Positions 35,785 through 46,732 of a DNA stretch of 64,000 nucleotides are shown here, piece after piece; position 1 is the stretch's first letter, and each line of letters begins with the position of its first letter. The notes beneath the pieces were generated by a model, which was not told the origin of the DNA, made no database searches, and saw nothing but the letters and a program-made list of their open reading frames with translations. This stretch comes from Schizochytrium sp. TIO01 (Eukaryota; Protista; Bigyra: Labyrinthulomycetes), in contig SMSO01000035.1 in NCBI GenBank assembly GCA_004764695.1, positions 4,414,040-4,478,039 on the forward strand, read 5' to 3'. Both the position numbers and the translations under genes were made by a program.

Positions 35785-35823
35785 TTTCGAAATCTTTCTT
35801 TTCGAGCTCTTTCTTTTTCGAGT

Positions 35824-35907
<84 letters not shown>

Positions 35908-36013
35908 TTTCGAAATCTTTCTTTTCGAGCTCTTTCTTTTCGAGTTCTTTCTTTTTCGAGCTCTTTCTTTTTCGAGTTCTTTCTTTTCGAGTTCTTTCTT
36001 TTTCGAGTTCTTT
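35742..36013. repeat. Compound (TTTC)n microsatellite with 16-bp units (ttctttctttttcgag) and an internal block duplication
   Basis: The block ttttcgaaatctttcttttcgagctctttctttttcgagttctttc occurs twice. Confidence 0.9.
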
Positions 36014-36525
36014 TGCAATTCAACAGAGAACGCAAAGTGCTTTGATGGAGCAGTCCCTTTCTCCCCTCTCTTCCCTCCCTCTTAGCTGCCGCGGCTATTG
36101 CTACTATATTTCTGCCTCTAGCGAGAGAGAGAAGCAGCCAAAGCGCCTCAGAGCCTCAGAGCCGCTTCTTTATTCACTCCAAGGATCTTCCTCCTTCTCA
36201 AGTGAGACGAAAACTGGAAGAAGAAGAAAACAAAGGAAACTAAGAAAACCACACAGAAGAAGAAGAAAACAAAAGAAGAAGAAGAAGCCAAAGCCAAAGT
36301 CAATGAGTGCGTGATATCTTTGCCTTCAGGCCACTCTCAGAGGCAAAAGGCAGAGCCCAAGTGTCAGCTTGGGCACAAAGCACTCACGCACTCGAAAGGC
36401 CCAAACCATCGCCCATTGCGCCTTCAAGTTTTATTTGAGGGTGTGTAGGGAGGGAGGGATGCCTCGCCTCAGTCCGGGTCCTTTCGAAGGCCTTCCGGGA
36501 GCAGCGACTTAGCTGGCTTGCTTGA

Positions 36526-38796
36526 CAGACAGACAGAGAGAGAGACAGAGAGACAGAGAGACAGAGAGACAGACAAAGCAGCAGCAGCAGCAGCATGGTG
36601 CTAGCTAGCAGGCGGAGGGATCTTCTGTTTGGCTATTCGAGCAAAAGAAAGTGGAGAGATCTTCTGCAATCGACTGGATACCCAGTGGCTGGCTAGTGAG
36701 CTCCTAGGCGCTGCTAGTCGCTTTATTTGGATAGACGAATGCGTGCTTCTTTCTAAGGCTATCATCTTCGAGCGGTCTGCTTCCATTGGCGCCCACGCAG
36801 AAGAAAGATCTGCTGCTGCTGCCAGTGCTGCTGCTGCCAGTGCTGCTGCTGCTGCTGTCTACGCGGACAGTCTCTGGTCGGCTTGAGAGGGAAGACAGAC
36901 ACCACGAGAGAAGGCTTTTAGTGAAAGAGTCAATCTTTAGACTCGCAAGTGGAAAATGGCTCAGACTGATCTACTCCATCCACGACTGCAGTGCAATGTG
37001 CTATCTATCGTTGCTCGTGCATCGATCCATCTATTGATTGATTGACTACTGACTGACTGACTGACTGACTGATGGATTGATCTGTCGATCTGTGTATCTG
37101 CGAAAGAGAACGATGCCTCATGGACCCATGGATAGTTGAGTTCCTTTTTCAGAAAGAACTGGTGTCCGGTGTGATAGATACGCATATTCAACAGATCTGG
37201 TGCCATGCGCTTTTGGCATCACGACGACGATCGAACGCTCAATCGAAGGTCACTCCGCATATTCCGGGCAGCCATCGATCCATCCATGCATGCATCCATC
37301 TGCTGCACGAGTTCATGCATACATACATACATCATATACGCCCAGCACAATCCAATTCCTCGCTGCACCGAAGACCTCCGTGGTCCTCTTCATTTACCGA
37401 CATCGTGTACTCCCTTCGTCACGTGCGAGATTGATTGCCAAGAGCAGAAAGAACCCACTGCTGGCCATCTTCGCGTCCCTCTCTCTCTTTGAGTCGAGTG
37501 GAGTGGAGTGGAGTGGAGTGGAGTCTTTCTGGTCGAGGGAAGGAAGACTCCATCAGCAGCAGCAACAACAACAAAGCAGCAGAAGCAGCAGCAGCAGCAG
37601 ACTCGGAGACAAACGCAGGACGAGGCGAAGAAGAAGCTGAACGTGGAGATCGGCCACGTCTGAGCTGAGCATGTGCGAAGACGTGATGCCAGCCTCTGTC
37701 GTCTCGTCTGCCGCCCTCGCATGCCTCTCGAAGGGAGGTTGCTCTGTTGCGGGTTCGAGTTCTTCTTCGATTTTCTTACTTAGTGTCGCAGTTCTCTCTT
37801 CTTTTATCTTTTTATCTTTTTTTAATCTCTGTTTTTCAATAAATAGTTTTAATTTAAAACCTAAAAAGGTATGTTTCGTTGCAAATAGACTCCAGGGATG
37901 ATCGAAATTAAAACCTTTTAACCATTTCTTTCTTCTTCTTCTTCTTCTTCCTCCTCTTGTGGGTTGTTGTTCTTGTTCAATCAATGTAGGCCTGCAGGCA
38001 TGCATGCATGATGATGCTAGTAGTCCTCCCAGTCAGTCTGAAGATGTCTGAAGATGCCTGAAGATGCCTGCCTGAAGATGTCTTTCTCTCTCTTCTCTAG
38101 AGCTACAAAGAGTACGCATGTTTTTCTCTTCTTTTTTTTCCTTTGGGAAGCCATTGGGAAAAGCCTCGAGGAGGTTGAAAGGAGGATCCATATGGTCATA
38201 AGGGAGGGATCGATGGAGTTCATTCACTCTGCGCTGCTCCCACGATCTCTCTCTTCTCGGCAGGTTCGAGTGGAACTGGCTTGGCCTCCGAGAGAAAGGA
38301 GGCGCGCTAATGCTTCGTTTGGGACGCAGCGAGAGCATAAACGCCGCTTAAATGGCCGAGGCCCCCTTCGAAGATTGAGTGCCTACCTACGAAAAGCTCG
38401 GAGACAGACCGCTCCGGACGCAGGGCAATCGAGGTCAGCCCGAACCTCGTTCGAGCGCTTGGTTGGGAGGAGGACCTGCTCGCCATGACGCAGGGACGAC
38501 CTCGAGATCGTCCCGGCCAAGGTTTCTTGGGTTTGAGAAACGAGTTGGTTGCAGAAAGCGTCGAACTCGAAGAGGGACCCAAGGCAGCGCCGAGGGACTG
38601 ACTTTCGAACTAACTGCCTCTCTACCATCCATCCTCAAGCAAGTACAACAACACCTTTGGCTCCAAGCTGTGTGCGTGTGTGCGTGTGCGTATGCTTCTG
38701 TGTGTGAGTAGCCAGGGACCCTATCTACCTCGGTATCGCGATTCATGGCGTGATCAACGCTGAAGATGCACGCGTGCTTTTCAGAAGGTGCCTTGA

Positions 38797-38834
<38 letters not shown>
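36526..38834. repeat. Microsatellite-dense non-coding region: (AGAC/AG)n, (GCA/GCT)n, (TGAC)n, (GAGTG)n, (TTC)n, (CCTG)n
   Basis: Numerous short tandem tracts; no credible ORF. Confidence 0.75.
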
Positions 38835-38835
<1 letters not shown>

Positions 38836-39486
38836 ACCACTGGCACGCACGTGAATCCAATCCAAGTGAATGGGTGCTTCTTCTAACGTCACGAATACTA
38901 CGAACCAGTAAAGCGAATACGCTCACTCCCTTGCAATGGCGGAGGTCACCTCAGGCGGTGGCTTGTTTGCGGGCCTGCAGCGATACATGGTCGCACGTCC
39001 ATTCTATTTGGGCCATAGATGAGATAGATACAGCAGACAGCAGTGTGGAGTACGAAGGTCTGAGAAACCGCAGCATAGCATAGTAGACCAGAGCCAGAGG
39101 AAGCTCCGCACATGACTTCTGTTATGAAAAATGTTAATGCATCGTGTCAATAGAATGCACAATAACCAAGTTATTACTATTGAAAAAAGGAGCTTAGAGT
39201 CCTTCATAAAGACTTTTAATGATGATGAAGAGAAAAACACATAATGGAAATTGGAATTACAATTGACCAGATTTCAAAGCTAGTAAGTACCCGAAGCTGG
39301 GAGGCGAAGCCTTTATGTCATACAATACAGGAGGTCTCAAAAGATGCAAGATGCGAGAGTCTTATTGATAGGAGCCTCCATCAATTTATACGGTGGAGCA
39401 AACGGCCACGACATTATACAAAAACTAAAATGATCAAGACAAGCCTAGGCCTACAGTGGAATACAAGAAACAAGAAGACACAAGTC

Positions 39487-40773
39487 TCAATGCCCTGAGG
39501 ACATTATAGATTTGAGTCGTTGTTCCAGAGAGGCATTGGTCTGCAAAAGCTCATTCTTTGCTTTCTCGGCTTTGTGCCTGCCTTCTTTCTCTCTATCCAA
39601 TTTGAGTTTTACACGAGTCACACGAGAGTGTAACTCCCCAACACGTTGCTCTAGCATTTTGTATCGACCATCCTCATCACCCTGAGCATATGCAATCTTA
39701 AAGTGCTGCATGCTCAGCTTGAGAAGCCCAAATTGCTTATGGAACTCCTCACGGAGTAAATCGGCTTCACTTGGACCGGAATTCTTAGATTGGTTGAGCC
39801 TATTCGCCTTGGCAAGCTCGCGAGAAAGCCGGGCATTCTCTGCAGTTAACAAACGCACTTTTTCTTGTAGCGCAGCAATATCATTGCAGTCAGAACCTTG
39901 CCCAGAAGAATTGTTTCCGTTGCCACCGAGTGCGCCTGCCCCCGTTCGCTGAGAAGCATCTCCTAACCCTGGAACCATCACTTGCTGTAGTTTCCCGAAT
40001 TGGCGCTCTACTTCGACATAGAGCTCTTGCATTTTCCCACCCCGCGATCCAGAAGATGTCTTCCCGGTAGGACTGCGCTCTTTGCTTGAGGTTGATTTTT
40101 TGGGTGTTCCTGATGTCGACGCAGAAGCTGAAGATGCAGATGATGATGGTGCAGAAGTGGTCTCTATGGCTGAGGAACCCGCTTCTATTGCAGACGAGGC
40201 TGCTTGAGAAGAGGTAACTGTGCTGGATTCGCGAGCTCGCCCCAGGCGACGCATCTCCTTTGACTTGGATTCGTGGTAAGACGCAAGCATTCCAAGTGCA
40301 TCAGCAGTGGCCGGATCGTAATCCCATGAACTGCTTTTAAGCGCAGAGTGAAAATAATCATGTGCAGCAAGGTGCCTCGCTGAGGCCTCTCTGAACTTGG
40401 AGTTCTTGGAGGCGTTCTCCGCCGCAAGCGCAAATGTGTGAGCCTGAACAACCAAAGTGCCATCCTTCTGGGCTTGCCCAACGTGTGCAGAATATATGGA
40501 TTTCGATGGTACAGCTCCCAACATTGAAGAAGCAGCAGCAGCAGAAGAAGAAGAAGAAGAAGAAGAAGAAGAAGCTTGTTGATTCGTTGCCGCCCCTGCT
40601 GAAGAGCCGTACACTGAAGACATCGGAGTGCTCTCGCCGAGGGAAGACGACGAAGAACTGCCCGCTCTCACCATGGAGACCGGTCTGCTGGAGCGGCGCC
40701 GGGGCGTCTCGTGAGAAGATGAAGTCGGACGCAACGCATGAGACATGATTCCGTGCAGGTCCCCCGCCTCCAT
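39487..40773 (-). CDS. MIT-like domain plus C-terminal coiled-coil protein, NRBF2/Atg38-like; an upstream TTG/other start at 40851 is possible
   Basis: QAHTFALAAENASKNSKFREASARHLAAHDYF..ALGMLASYHESK resembles the NRBF2 MIT helices (AHQQSRRA..GKYEEAISCHKKAA.YL); heptad region LQEKVRLLTAENARL. Confidence 0.6.
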   Translation of the reverse strand: MEAGDLHGIMSHALRPTSSSHETPRRRSSRPVSMVRAGSSSSSSLGESTPMSSVYGSSAGAATNQQASSSSSSSSSSAAAASSMLGAVPSKSIYSAHVGQAQKDGTLVVQAHTFALAAENASKNSKFREASARHLAAHDYFHSALKSSSWDYDPATADALGMLASYHESKSKEMRRLGRARESSTVTSSQAASSAIEAGSSAIETTSAPSSSASSASASTSGTPKKSTSSKERSPTGKTSSGSRGGKMQELYVEVERQFGKLQQVMVPGLGDASQRTGAGALGGNGNNSSGQGSDCNDIAALQEKVRLLTAENARLSRELAKANRLNQSKNSGPSEADLLREEFHKQFGLLKLSMQHFKIAYAQGDEDGRYKMLEQRVGELHSRVTRVKLKLDREKEGRHKAEKAKNELLQTNASLEQRLKSIMSSGH

Positions 40774-41089
40774 ATCGATGCTTCGAGGACGTTGCTTGAG
40801 AGTGCCACGAAGGGATCTGCTTTGGTCTTGGTTGGGAAGAAGAACGAACAAGCATGTTCATACTAGGAGTACCTAGGTACCAAGGCTAGTAGTAGCTACT
40901 ACCTACTTAGCTTACCCCACCTATCTAACCAACATACGAGGAGACAAATTCTTAAATGAAGACAAACTTTGATTTCCTGCTATTCTCTGCATACATAGGC
41001 TGTGCTCTCTAGAGAGGCATAACTTAAATAAGCAAACAGATTGCTACCTAATGCATAGGTAGGTACGCACATATTAGCAATCGTGACGG

Positions 41090-41226
41090 TCACTTAGACT
41101 TTAACCTGTAAAATCTGCGAAACTTGCCTTTCCTTGCCTTTCCTTTCCTCTGTGATAAAGTGGGACTAAGGCCCAATCGAGGGCTAAAAACTAACCCGTG
41201 ACTCAAAGGCACTTGAAAAGATCATG
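41090..41226 (-). ncRNA. Putative omegaRNA / right-end remnant downstream of the Fanzor-like ORF
   Basis: Lies directly 3' of the stop; hairpins GGGTTAG-TTT-TTAGCCC (41197-41181) and TGGG-CCTTAGT-CCCA (41175-41161); boundaries uncertain. Confidence 0.35.
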
Positions 41227-41670
41227 TCATTGGGCGGATAGGTAGCGCAAAAGAATGCCTCTGGCGGCGCGGATATCACGATCGGCTACGTGGTCGCATT
41301 TTTTTAGGGGCATTTGGCAGCCCTGGATGTTTTGTTCCGAGTTTGTCGCGGATGGTACCGCATTCATTGCACGGTTTTCGAGTGCAATCCTCTCGGCAAA
41401 TAACCAGTTTACACAGAAGGAAAGCTCGGATTTGTGAAAGAGCGCTTGGAAGCCAACGAACGAGACATCACTCGAGCTGTCTTGATTTCGATCCATCTTG
41501 TTAACTCGTTGAATTTCCAAATTAGGCAAAAGGATAGATCTCACAGAACCAAGGTCCAAGCTCGCGGTGAATCTCGGTAGCCCAGGAGGGCCCGCGAGCC
41601 CGGCCTGTGGAAGGTGATCCCTACAGCGATGCCTTTGTAGACGGCGGAGGCGTTTGGACAGGTCACCAAT
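41227..41670 (-). pseudogene. Degenerate Fanzor2 / IS607-TnpB-like RNA-guided nuclease, C-terminal half, several frameshifts
   Basis: In order across frames: SKRLRRLQRHRCR / TEIHRELGPWFCEIY / ILLPNLEIQRV / KTARVM / FQALFHKSEL / KLVICREDCTRKPCNECGTIRDKLG / C..KCDHVADRDIRAARGILLRYL*. Confidence 0.8.
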
Positions 41671-41852
41671 CTAGCAATTGAGGTTTTCTTTTTGCTTACT
41701 CTGGTGTAGATAATCGTTCAGTCAGTGCTGCGATGGCCACGGCCGCCGGAACAGACCGCAGCCATAGGTGCGCTCAACGTCGTCACTTGCGTATGTGAGA
41801 TTGCCTCCGGTGATGCACCTGAAGGGCACTTGCCAAGGCGTCAAACTTCTTG

Positions 41853-42042
41853 TTGAAGTACTTTGGTCATTTGAATTGAAGGTTTGAAGTATTTTTGACG
41901 GTTTAGATTCAAGGTTTGAACTATTTCGGTAAATTGAATTGAAGGTTTGAAGTAGTTTGATGGTTTGAATTGAAGGTTTGAAATACTTTGATGGCTTGAA
42001 CTGAAAGTTTAAAGTATTTTGATGATTTGAATTGAAGGTTTG
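41853..42042. repeat. 31-bp minisatellite (consensus ttgaattgaaggtttgaagtattttgatggt), about 6 diverged copies
   Basis: Units start at 41871, 41903, 41934, 41965, 41996 and 42027, with a partial unit from 41853. Confidence 0.9.
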
Positions 42043-43474
42043 CTTCATTTGGAGCATTTGGAGCTCGATGGTTCCTTGGTCATCTCATTCTCTTACCCAA
42101 CCTCCATTTCTTAACAAAAACCCAAGTAATTATACTAAATCATTTGAATGGAATAGTCGCTATCATTCGAAGGTTACATTAGTTATAACGTTCTCAGATT
42201 AGCGTAGGGCATTCTCACTTGTGATCGTGAATATCTAATGATGATTTAATTTTTTATAATCCTCGTTTTAATAATAGTAAAACTTCAAAATGGGAACCCA
42301 AAACCCCATCCAAAACAATCACTCATTGAAGCCCACCATAAGTTAGTGACCCAAGTAGATAGTTTACTTAGAACGGCTCAATCTGTTTCCTCTCTCATTC
42401 ATCACCACCCAAGTCATAGCAGGTATATATGAGTGAGTGATTTGCTTTGACTTGAGGTCGACCCAAGCAAAAGGATCGACAGGAAGAGCGTCTGATTGGC
42501 GAAAGTAAAAGTGCCCATAGCATGCATGATACGACCCGTTTCCTTTGTTTTGCTGTGGGCTATTAATTTGAGCTAAAAGCTCGAAGTTTCTCAATCGTGT
42601 CGTGGGCTTTTATCGTATCACATGATGACAAAGAAACTCAAAGTTAGGCCTCTGTGTGAGATAGCAGCAACAACACATAGAACATAGGTACCTAAGGACT
42701 GGGCTCTTCTTCTCTTCTTCTTCTTCTTTTAATTAGTATGTTGCATAAAAAAGCAACGAAAGTTGGCTTTGGTTTGGACTTCGCCAGAGCATTTCCATCT
42801 CCTGATTGACCAGCTTCTTCAGAGAATTTGAGGCATCCAAAGGCCAACTAGGCGCCTTCAAGACTAGAAGACCTAGGATTACAATGCCGAACGAGAAGAG
42901 TTCCTACCTACCAGTAGATTACAGTTCAAGAACAGTTGATAAACTAAACTTTTCTTTGGCTTCTCTTGTTTTTCTTTCCAGCATTTTCTTTGAAGGCCAC
43001 TCCTATTGGTTATCCATAAAGTACTACGTAAGAAAAATCAGCGGTTCTTTTATTATTCCCTTTTAGTTTAGTCAGCTAGACAAAAGGTGCATAACTACTT
43101 TTAGTAGTTTTCTTTCAAATTTAGTAGAAAAAGTTATACCTCTAGAGTAGCCTAAGAGGGGAAGGTAGGTCTACCTACTAAACTAAACTACTAGTATGAT
43201 AACATCATGATGTGACTGAAAAAAGATTTTCTTTTTATTTTGAGCAACTTTGAAAGAATATTTTGGATGTTCGTTTGTTTTGGATTCAATTTGCAAACCT
43301 TCAAGCAACAGAGGGAAGGAGACCCCGTCGAAAGTCGGACAAGCTCGCGGGCAAAAGAGCTCGCGGCGAAAGGTGTGCAGGTGTATAAGGCTATTAGCTT
43401 ATATCATACGTATTTCGAACCAGGTCAGATCAACCCTGAGACGAGGTGGGGACGGAGCGGGACTGGCCAAAGTC

Positions 43475-46400
43475 ATGGAACTCACCAAGAGCCATGCAGC
43501 ACGCCTCCTTGCGAGTTTGCTGCTAGTTATGCTGGGAGTCTCCGCATGTGCAGACCCAGGAAACAATTTGCGGGCTACGAATAAGCAGTCTAGTCACGGA
43601 GAGACAATTCAGCTCCATGTGGTGTCCCACACTCACGATGATACTGGCTGGCTTATAACGGTGGACCAGTATTTTGAGCAAGAAGTTCGTTATATCCTCG
43701 ACACAGTCGTCGATAATCTTGTGCGGGACCCTAACCGCAAATTTAACTTTGTAGAGATGGCATTCTTCTCAAGATGGTGGGAAGAACAAAGCCTTGCTCG
43801 GCGCGACACGGTCCGCAAACTTGTGAAGGAAAAACGATTGCAGTTCCTTAATGGTGGCTGGTGTATGCATGATGAAGCAAGCCCTTTGGCTCTTGAAATG
43901 ATTGACCAGACAACCCGTGGTCATCAATTTATCCTTCGAGAGTTTGGTGAAGAGGCTGCTCCCCGTGTAACATGGCAGATCGACCCATTTGGCCATTCTA
44001 ACACACAAGCTTGGCTTCTTGCCGCTGAAGCAGGGATGCCGGCCATGTTCTGGGCTCGGATGAACTATGATGATCGTGAAAAGCGCAAGATTGACCGTGA
44101 GCTCGAGTACATTTGGCAAGGTAGTAAAAGCAACGGGGCGAACTCGCAAATTCTAGGAGGTGAGCTTTGGGGCCAAAAGGGATCAGGTCTCTACGGCTGT
44201 CCTTTTACTTTTGAGGATTACACTCAAGCCGCGGCAATGGTTGCCAACCCTGAGCGACATGACTATAATATGGAAGACTGGGTGGAGCGCACGGTCAGTG
44301 TAGCTAAAGAACAGGCTGCAAACTTTAAAACAAAGCATATCATGTGGGCTGCCGGCTTTGACTTCACCTATAAGAACGCAGGCACATGGTATGAGAGTCT
44401 TGACAAATTGATGAAGTTTGTCAACAAAGACGGCCGAATCAAGATGTTCTACAGTACCCCAGGAGATTATGTAGATGCCTTAAACCAAGACAAAAATGCG
44501 ACCTGGGAAATCCGCGAAGACGACTTAATGCCTCTCCACGAACATCCTCATGTTTATTGGACAGGCTACTTTTCAAGTCGCGTCGCCCTCAAGCGTCTCC
44601 TGCGGAGAAGCTCATCCCTCTTACAAGTGGCACGCCAGCTCTCTTTCGCAGCAGGCATTCGTAGTATACCTGCGAGCCAACCGCATCATGGACCCCGCGT
44701 TGGGACATCATGGACAGATGCTTTTGAGGCCGCTGTTGCTGTTGCTATGCATCATGACGGAATTTCTGGCACCGCAAAACAAGCTGTCGCTAACGATTAT
44801 GCACTCCGTGTATCGGAAGGTCAGGAACAACTTAATCGTGGCATGGCAGCCTGCCTTCGATCTTTGACCCATATCCCAGATCTTATGTTATGCCCTGCAT
44901 TGAATATTTCTTTGTGCGAGATCACCTCTGGAAAGGAGCACCAGGATTTCTCATTTGTGGCTTGGAACCCCCTTTCATCAAAGCAATATAATCATACATT
45001 TGCCATTCCTGTGACGTTCTCCTCTGGAACATACAATGTGACGATGAATGGCGTTGCAGTCCAAGTTCAGCTCACGCAAATTGATGCGTTCACTAAAACA
45101 ATTCCGCAGCTCTACATCAACTCATATGCAATGTCCGAAGAAGAGACCCTCTCCATGAAGAATAACCTCTTTAATGATGCCACACATGTGCTACAAGTAC
45201 AGGCTGATATTCCACCTATGCAGGCAGTTGTATTTAATGTCACTCACGTAGCCGTATCTGCTGATCCTGATGAAGCACAAGCTCAGAAGCAGATTTTAGC
45301 AAAGACAGTCCAGTGGCATCCTCATCACCCTCCGCATTGGCATCCTCCTCATTGGCATCCGCAACCTCCGAGTTGCGAGGAGAAAACATACACCGTGGAG
45401 TCTGGCAGTTTTCTTCTGGAATTTGATGGATGCACGACAAGACTCATCCGTATTACTAATAAGAAGGCTGCTCTTTCTGCTAAACTATCTCTAAACTGGG
45501 GCTTTTATGAATCAGCAAGCGGCCCTTGTGCCGAGACAGGTTGTGCAGCCGGCGCCCTCTCAGGTGCTTACTTATTTCGTCCCGCGTCAAGTAAGCTGCA
45601 TTCGATTGCATGTGCCGCCAATGAGCAGCCAGGTAACATTACAACTACTGTACACAGGGGTTCGATTGTCACTGAAGTTCACCAAAAGGTAGCACCTTGG
45701 GTTTCCCATGTTATCCGTTTGCGTGAGGGTACTCCTTATGTAGAAGTTGAATACACGGTTGGACCAATTCCAATTGAAGATGGCAAAGGCAAAGAGGTTG
45801 TCTTACGCTACACCTCAGATCTGGCCACACATGGCGCCTTTGCTACAGACTCCAACGGACTTGAGCTCGAACCTCGCATTCGTGACAGGCTTCCTGCATC
45901 TTATCCTGAACCACGTCTCGTGGAAGATGAACCCATAGCAGGTAACTACTATCCTGTGAACTCCATGATTTCAATGACCGAGTCAGACCGTGCTCAACTG
46001 ACAGTGGTGACAGATTCTACGCAAGGTGGATCATCTTTACACGATGGTGAAGTAGAGCTTATGGTGCACCGCCGTGTTTTACATGATGATAACAAGGGTG
46101 TTGTAGAACCTCTAAATGAAACCATGTGTGGGTGCAACGGTGCCAACAACCCGACTTGTTACTGTGCTGGACTTGCCATTCGAGGTGTTCATCGAATTGT
46201 CTTTGATTCGCCAGTACAAGCTAATGCTACTCGACGCCAGGTTGCTGATGCCTTGCACTTTGCCCCGGAGCCCTTTTTCCACAAACATTCTGCAGATGCA
46301 GCCGCATCTCCCCTTAAAATCAAGCACATGCCATCGATGATTGCCTCTAAGCTACCGCCTTCAATCCGTCTTTTGAGTATTGTGGACAACTACGAAGAAA

Positions 46401-46732
46401 CACTTGGCGCAAATACCTTGCTTATTCGTTTGCAACACATTTACAGCGTCGATGAACATTCGGACTTATCCCAACCAGTAACTGTGGAACTCCGAGAGCT
46501 GATTGCAAGTAGGCAGGTGCTCAGTGCATATGAAACAACACTAACAGGAAATATGCCTGTCGAAAAGAAACCCACCTATGAATGGCTCACAAGCACGCAG
46601 AGTAAAACACCTTCACGAAAACCTCTGGATCACGAAAGTCTTTCAGTGGAGATTGGTCCGATGCAAATTCGCACGTTTGTACTGCAGCTAACCCCCTTAT
46701 CCTCGGAGGCAACAGTTACGGAAACAATGTAG
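43475..46732 (+). CDS. GH38 class II (lysosomal/acidic-type) alpha-mannosidase, secreted
   Basis: Signal peptide after ATG 43475; HTHDDTGW, NGGWCMHDEA, WQIDPFGH (nucleophile Asp), YWTGYFSSR, MHHDGISGT, AGNYYPV, GEVELMVHRR, PMQIRTF. Confidence 0.95.
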   Translation: MELTKSHAARLLASLLLVMLGVSACADPGNNLRATNKQSSHGETIQLHVVSHTHDDTGWLITVDQYFEQEVRYILDTVVDNLVRDPNRKFNFVEMAFFSRWWEEQSLARRDTVRKLVKEKRLQFLNGGWCMHDEASPLALEMIDQTTRGHQFILREFGEEAAPRVTWQIDPFGHSNTQAWLLAAEAGMPAMFWARMNYDDREKRKIDRELEYIWQGSKSNGANSQILGGELWGQKGSGLYGCPFTFEDYTQAAAMVANPERHDYNMEDWVERTVSVAKEQAANFKTKHIMWAAGFDFTYKNAGTWYESLDKLMKFVNKDGRIKMFYSTPGDYVDALNQDKNATWEIREDDLMPLHEHPHVYWTGYFSSRVALKRLLRRSSSLLQVARQLSFAAGIRSIPASQPHHGPRVGTSWTDAFEAAVAVAMHHDGISGTAKQAVANDYALRVSEGQEQLNRGMAACLRSLTHIPDLMLCPALNISLCEITSGKEHQDFSFVAWNPLSSKQYNHTFAIPVTFSSGTYNVTMNGVAVQVQLTQIDAFTKTIPQLYINSYAMSEEETLSMKNNLFNDATHVLQVQADIPPMQAVVFNVTHVAVSADPDEAQAQKQILAKTVQWHPHHPPHWHPPHWHPQPPSCEEKTYTVESGSFLLEFDGCTTRLIRITNKKAALSAKLSLNWGFYESASGPCAETGCAAGALSGAYLFRPASSKLHSIACAANEQPGNITTTVHRGSIVTEVHQKVAPWVSHVIRLREGTPYVEVEYTVGPIPIEDGKGKEVVLRYTSDLATHGAFATDSNGLELEPRIRDRLPASYPEPRLVEDEPIAGNYYPVNSMISMTESDRAQLTVVTDSTQGGSSLHDGEVELMVHRRVLHDDNKGVVEPLNETMCGCNGANNPTCYCAGLAIRGVHRIVFDSPVQANATRRQVADALHFAPEPFFHKHSADAAASPLKIKHMPSMIASKLPPSIRLLSIVDNYEETLGANTLLIRLQHIYSVDEHSDLSQPVTVELRELIASRQVLSAYETTLTGNMPVEKKPTYEWLTSTQSKTPSRKPLDHESLSVEIGPMQIRTFVLQLTPLSSEATVTETM

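Noticed and set aside
35616-36035. K/E/R-rich ORFs, also those at 18163-19247
   Set aside because: Translations of (TTTC)n/(AAAAG)n microsatellites
41227-41559. 110-aa ORF as an intact protein
   Set aside because: Only parts of it match the Fanzor pattern; the first zinc-finger pair and other motifs lie in different frames, so it is a pseudogene fragment
41853-42042. 31-bp repeats beside a TnpB-like gene read as a CRISPR/TIGR-type guide array
   Set aside because: The units are head-to-tail and similar along their whole length, with no unique spacers; this is a diverged minisatellite
43250-43474. 75-residue N-terminal extension of the mannosidase ORF
   Set aside because: Starts at a non-ATG codon; the signal peptide follows ATG 43475
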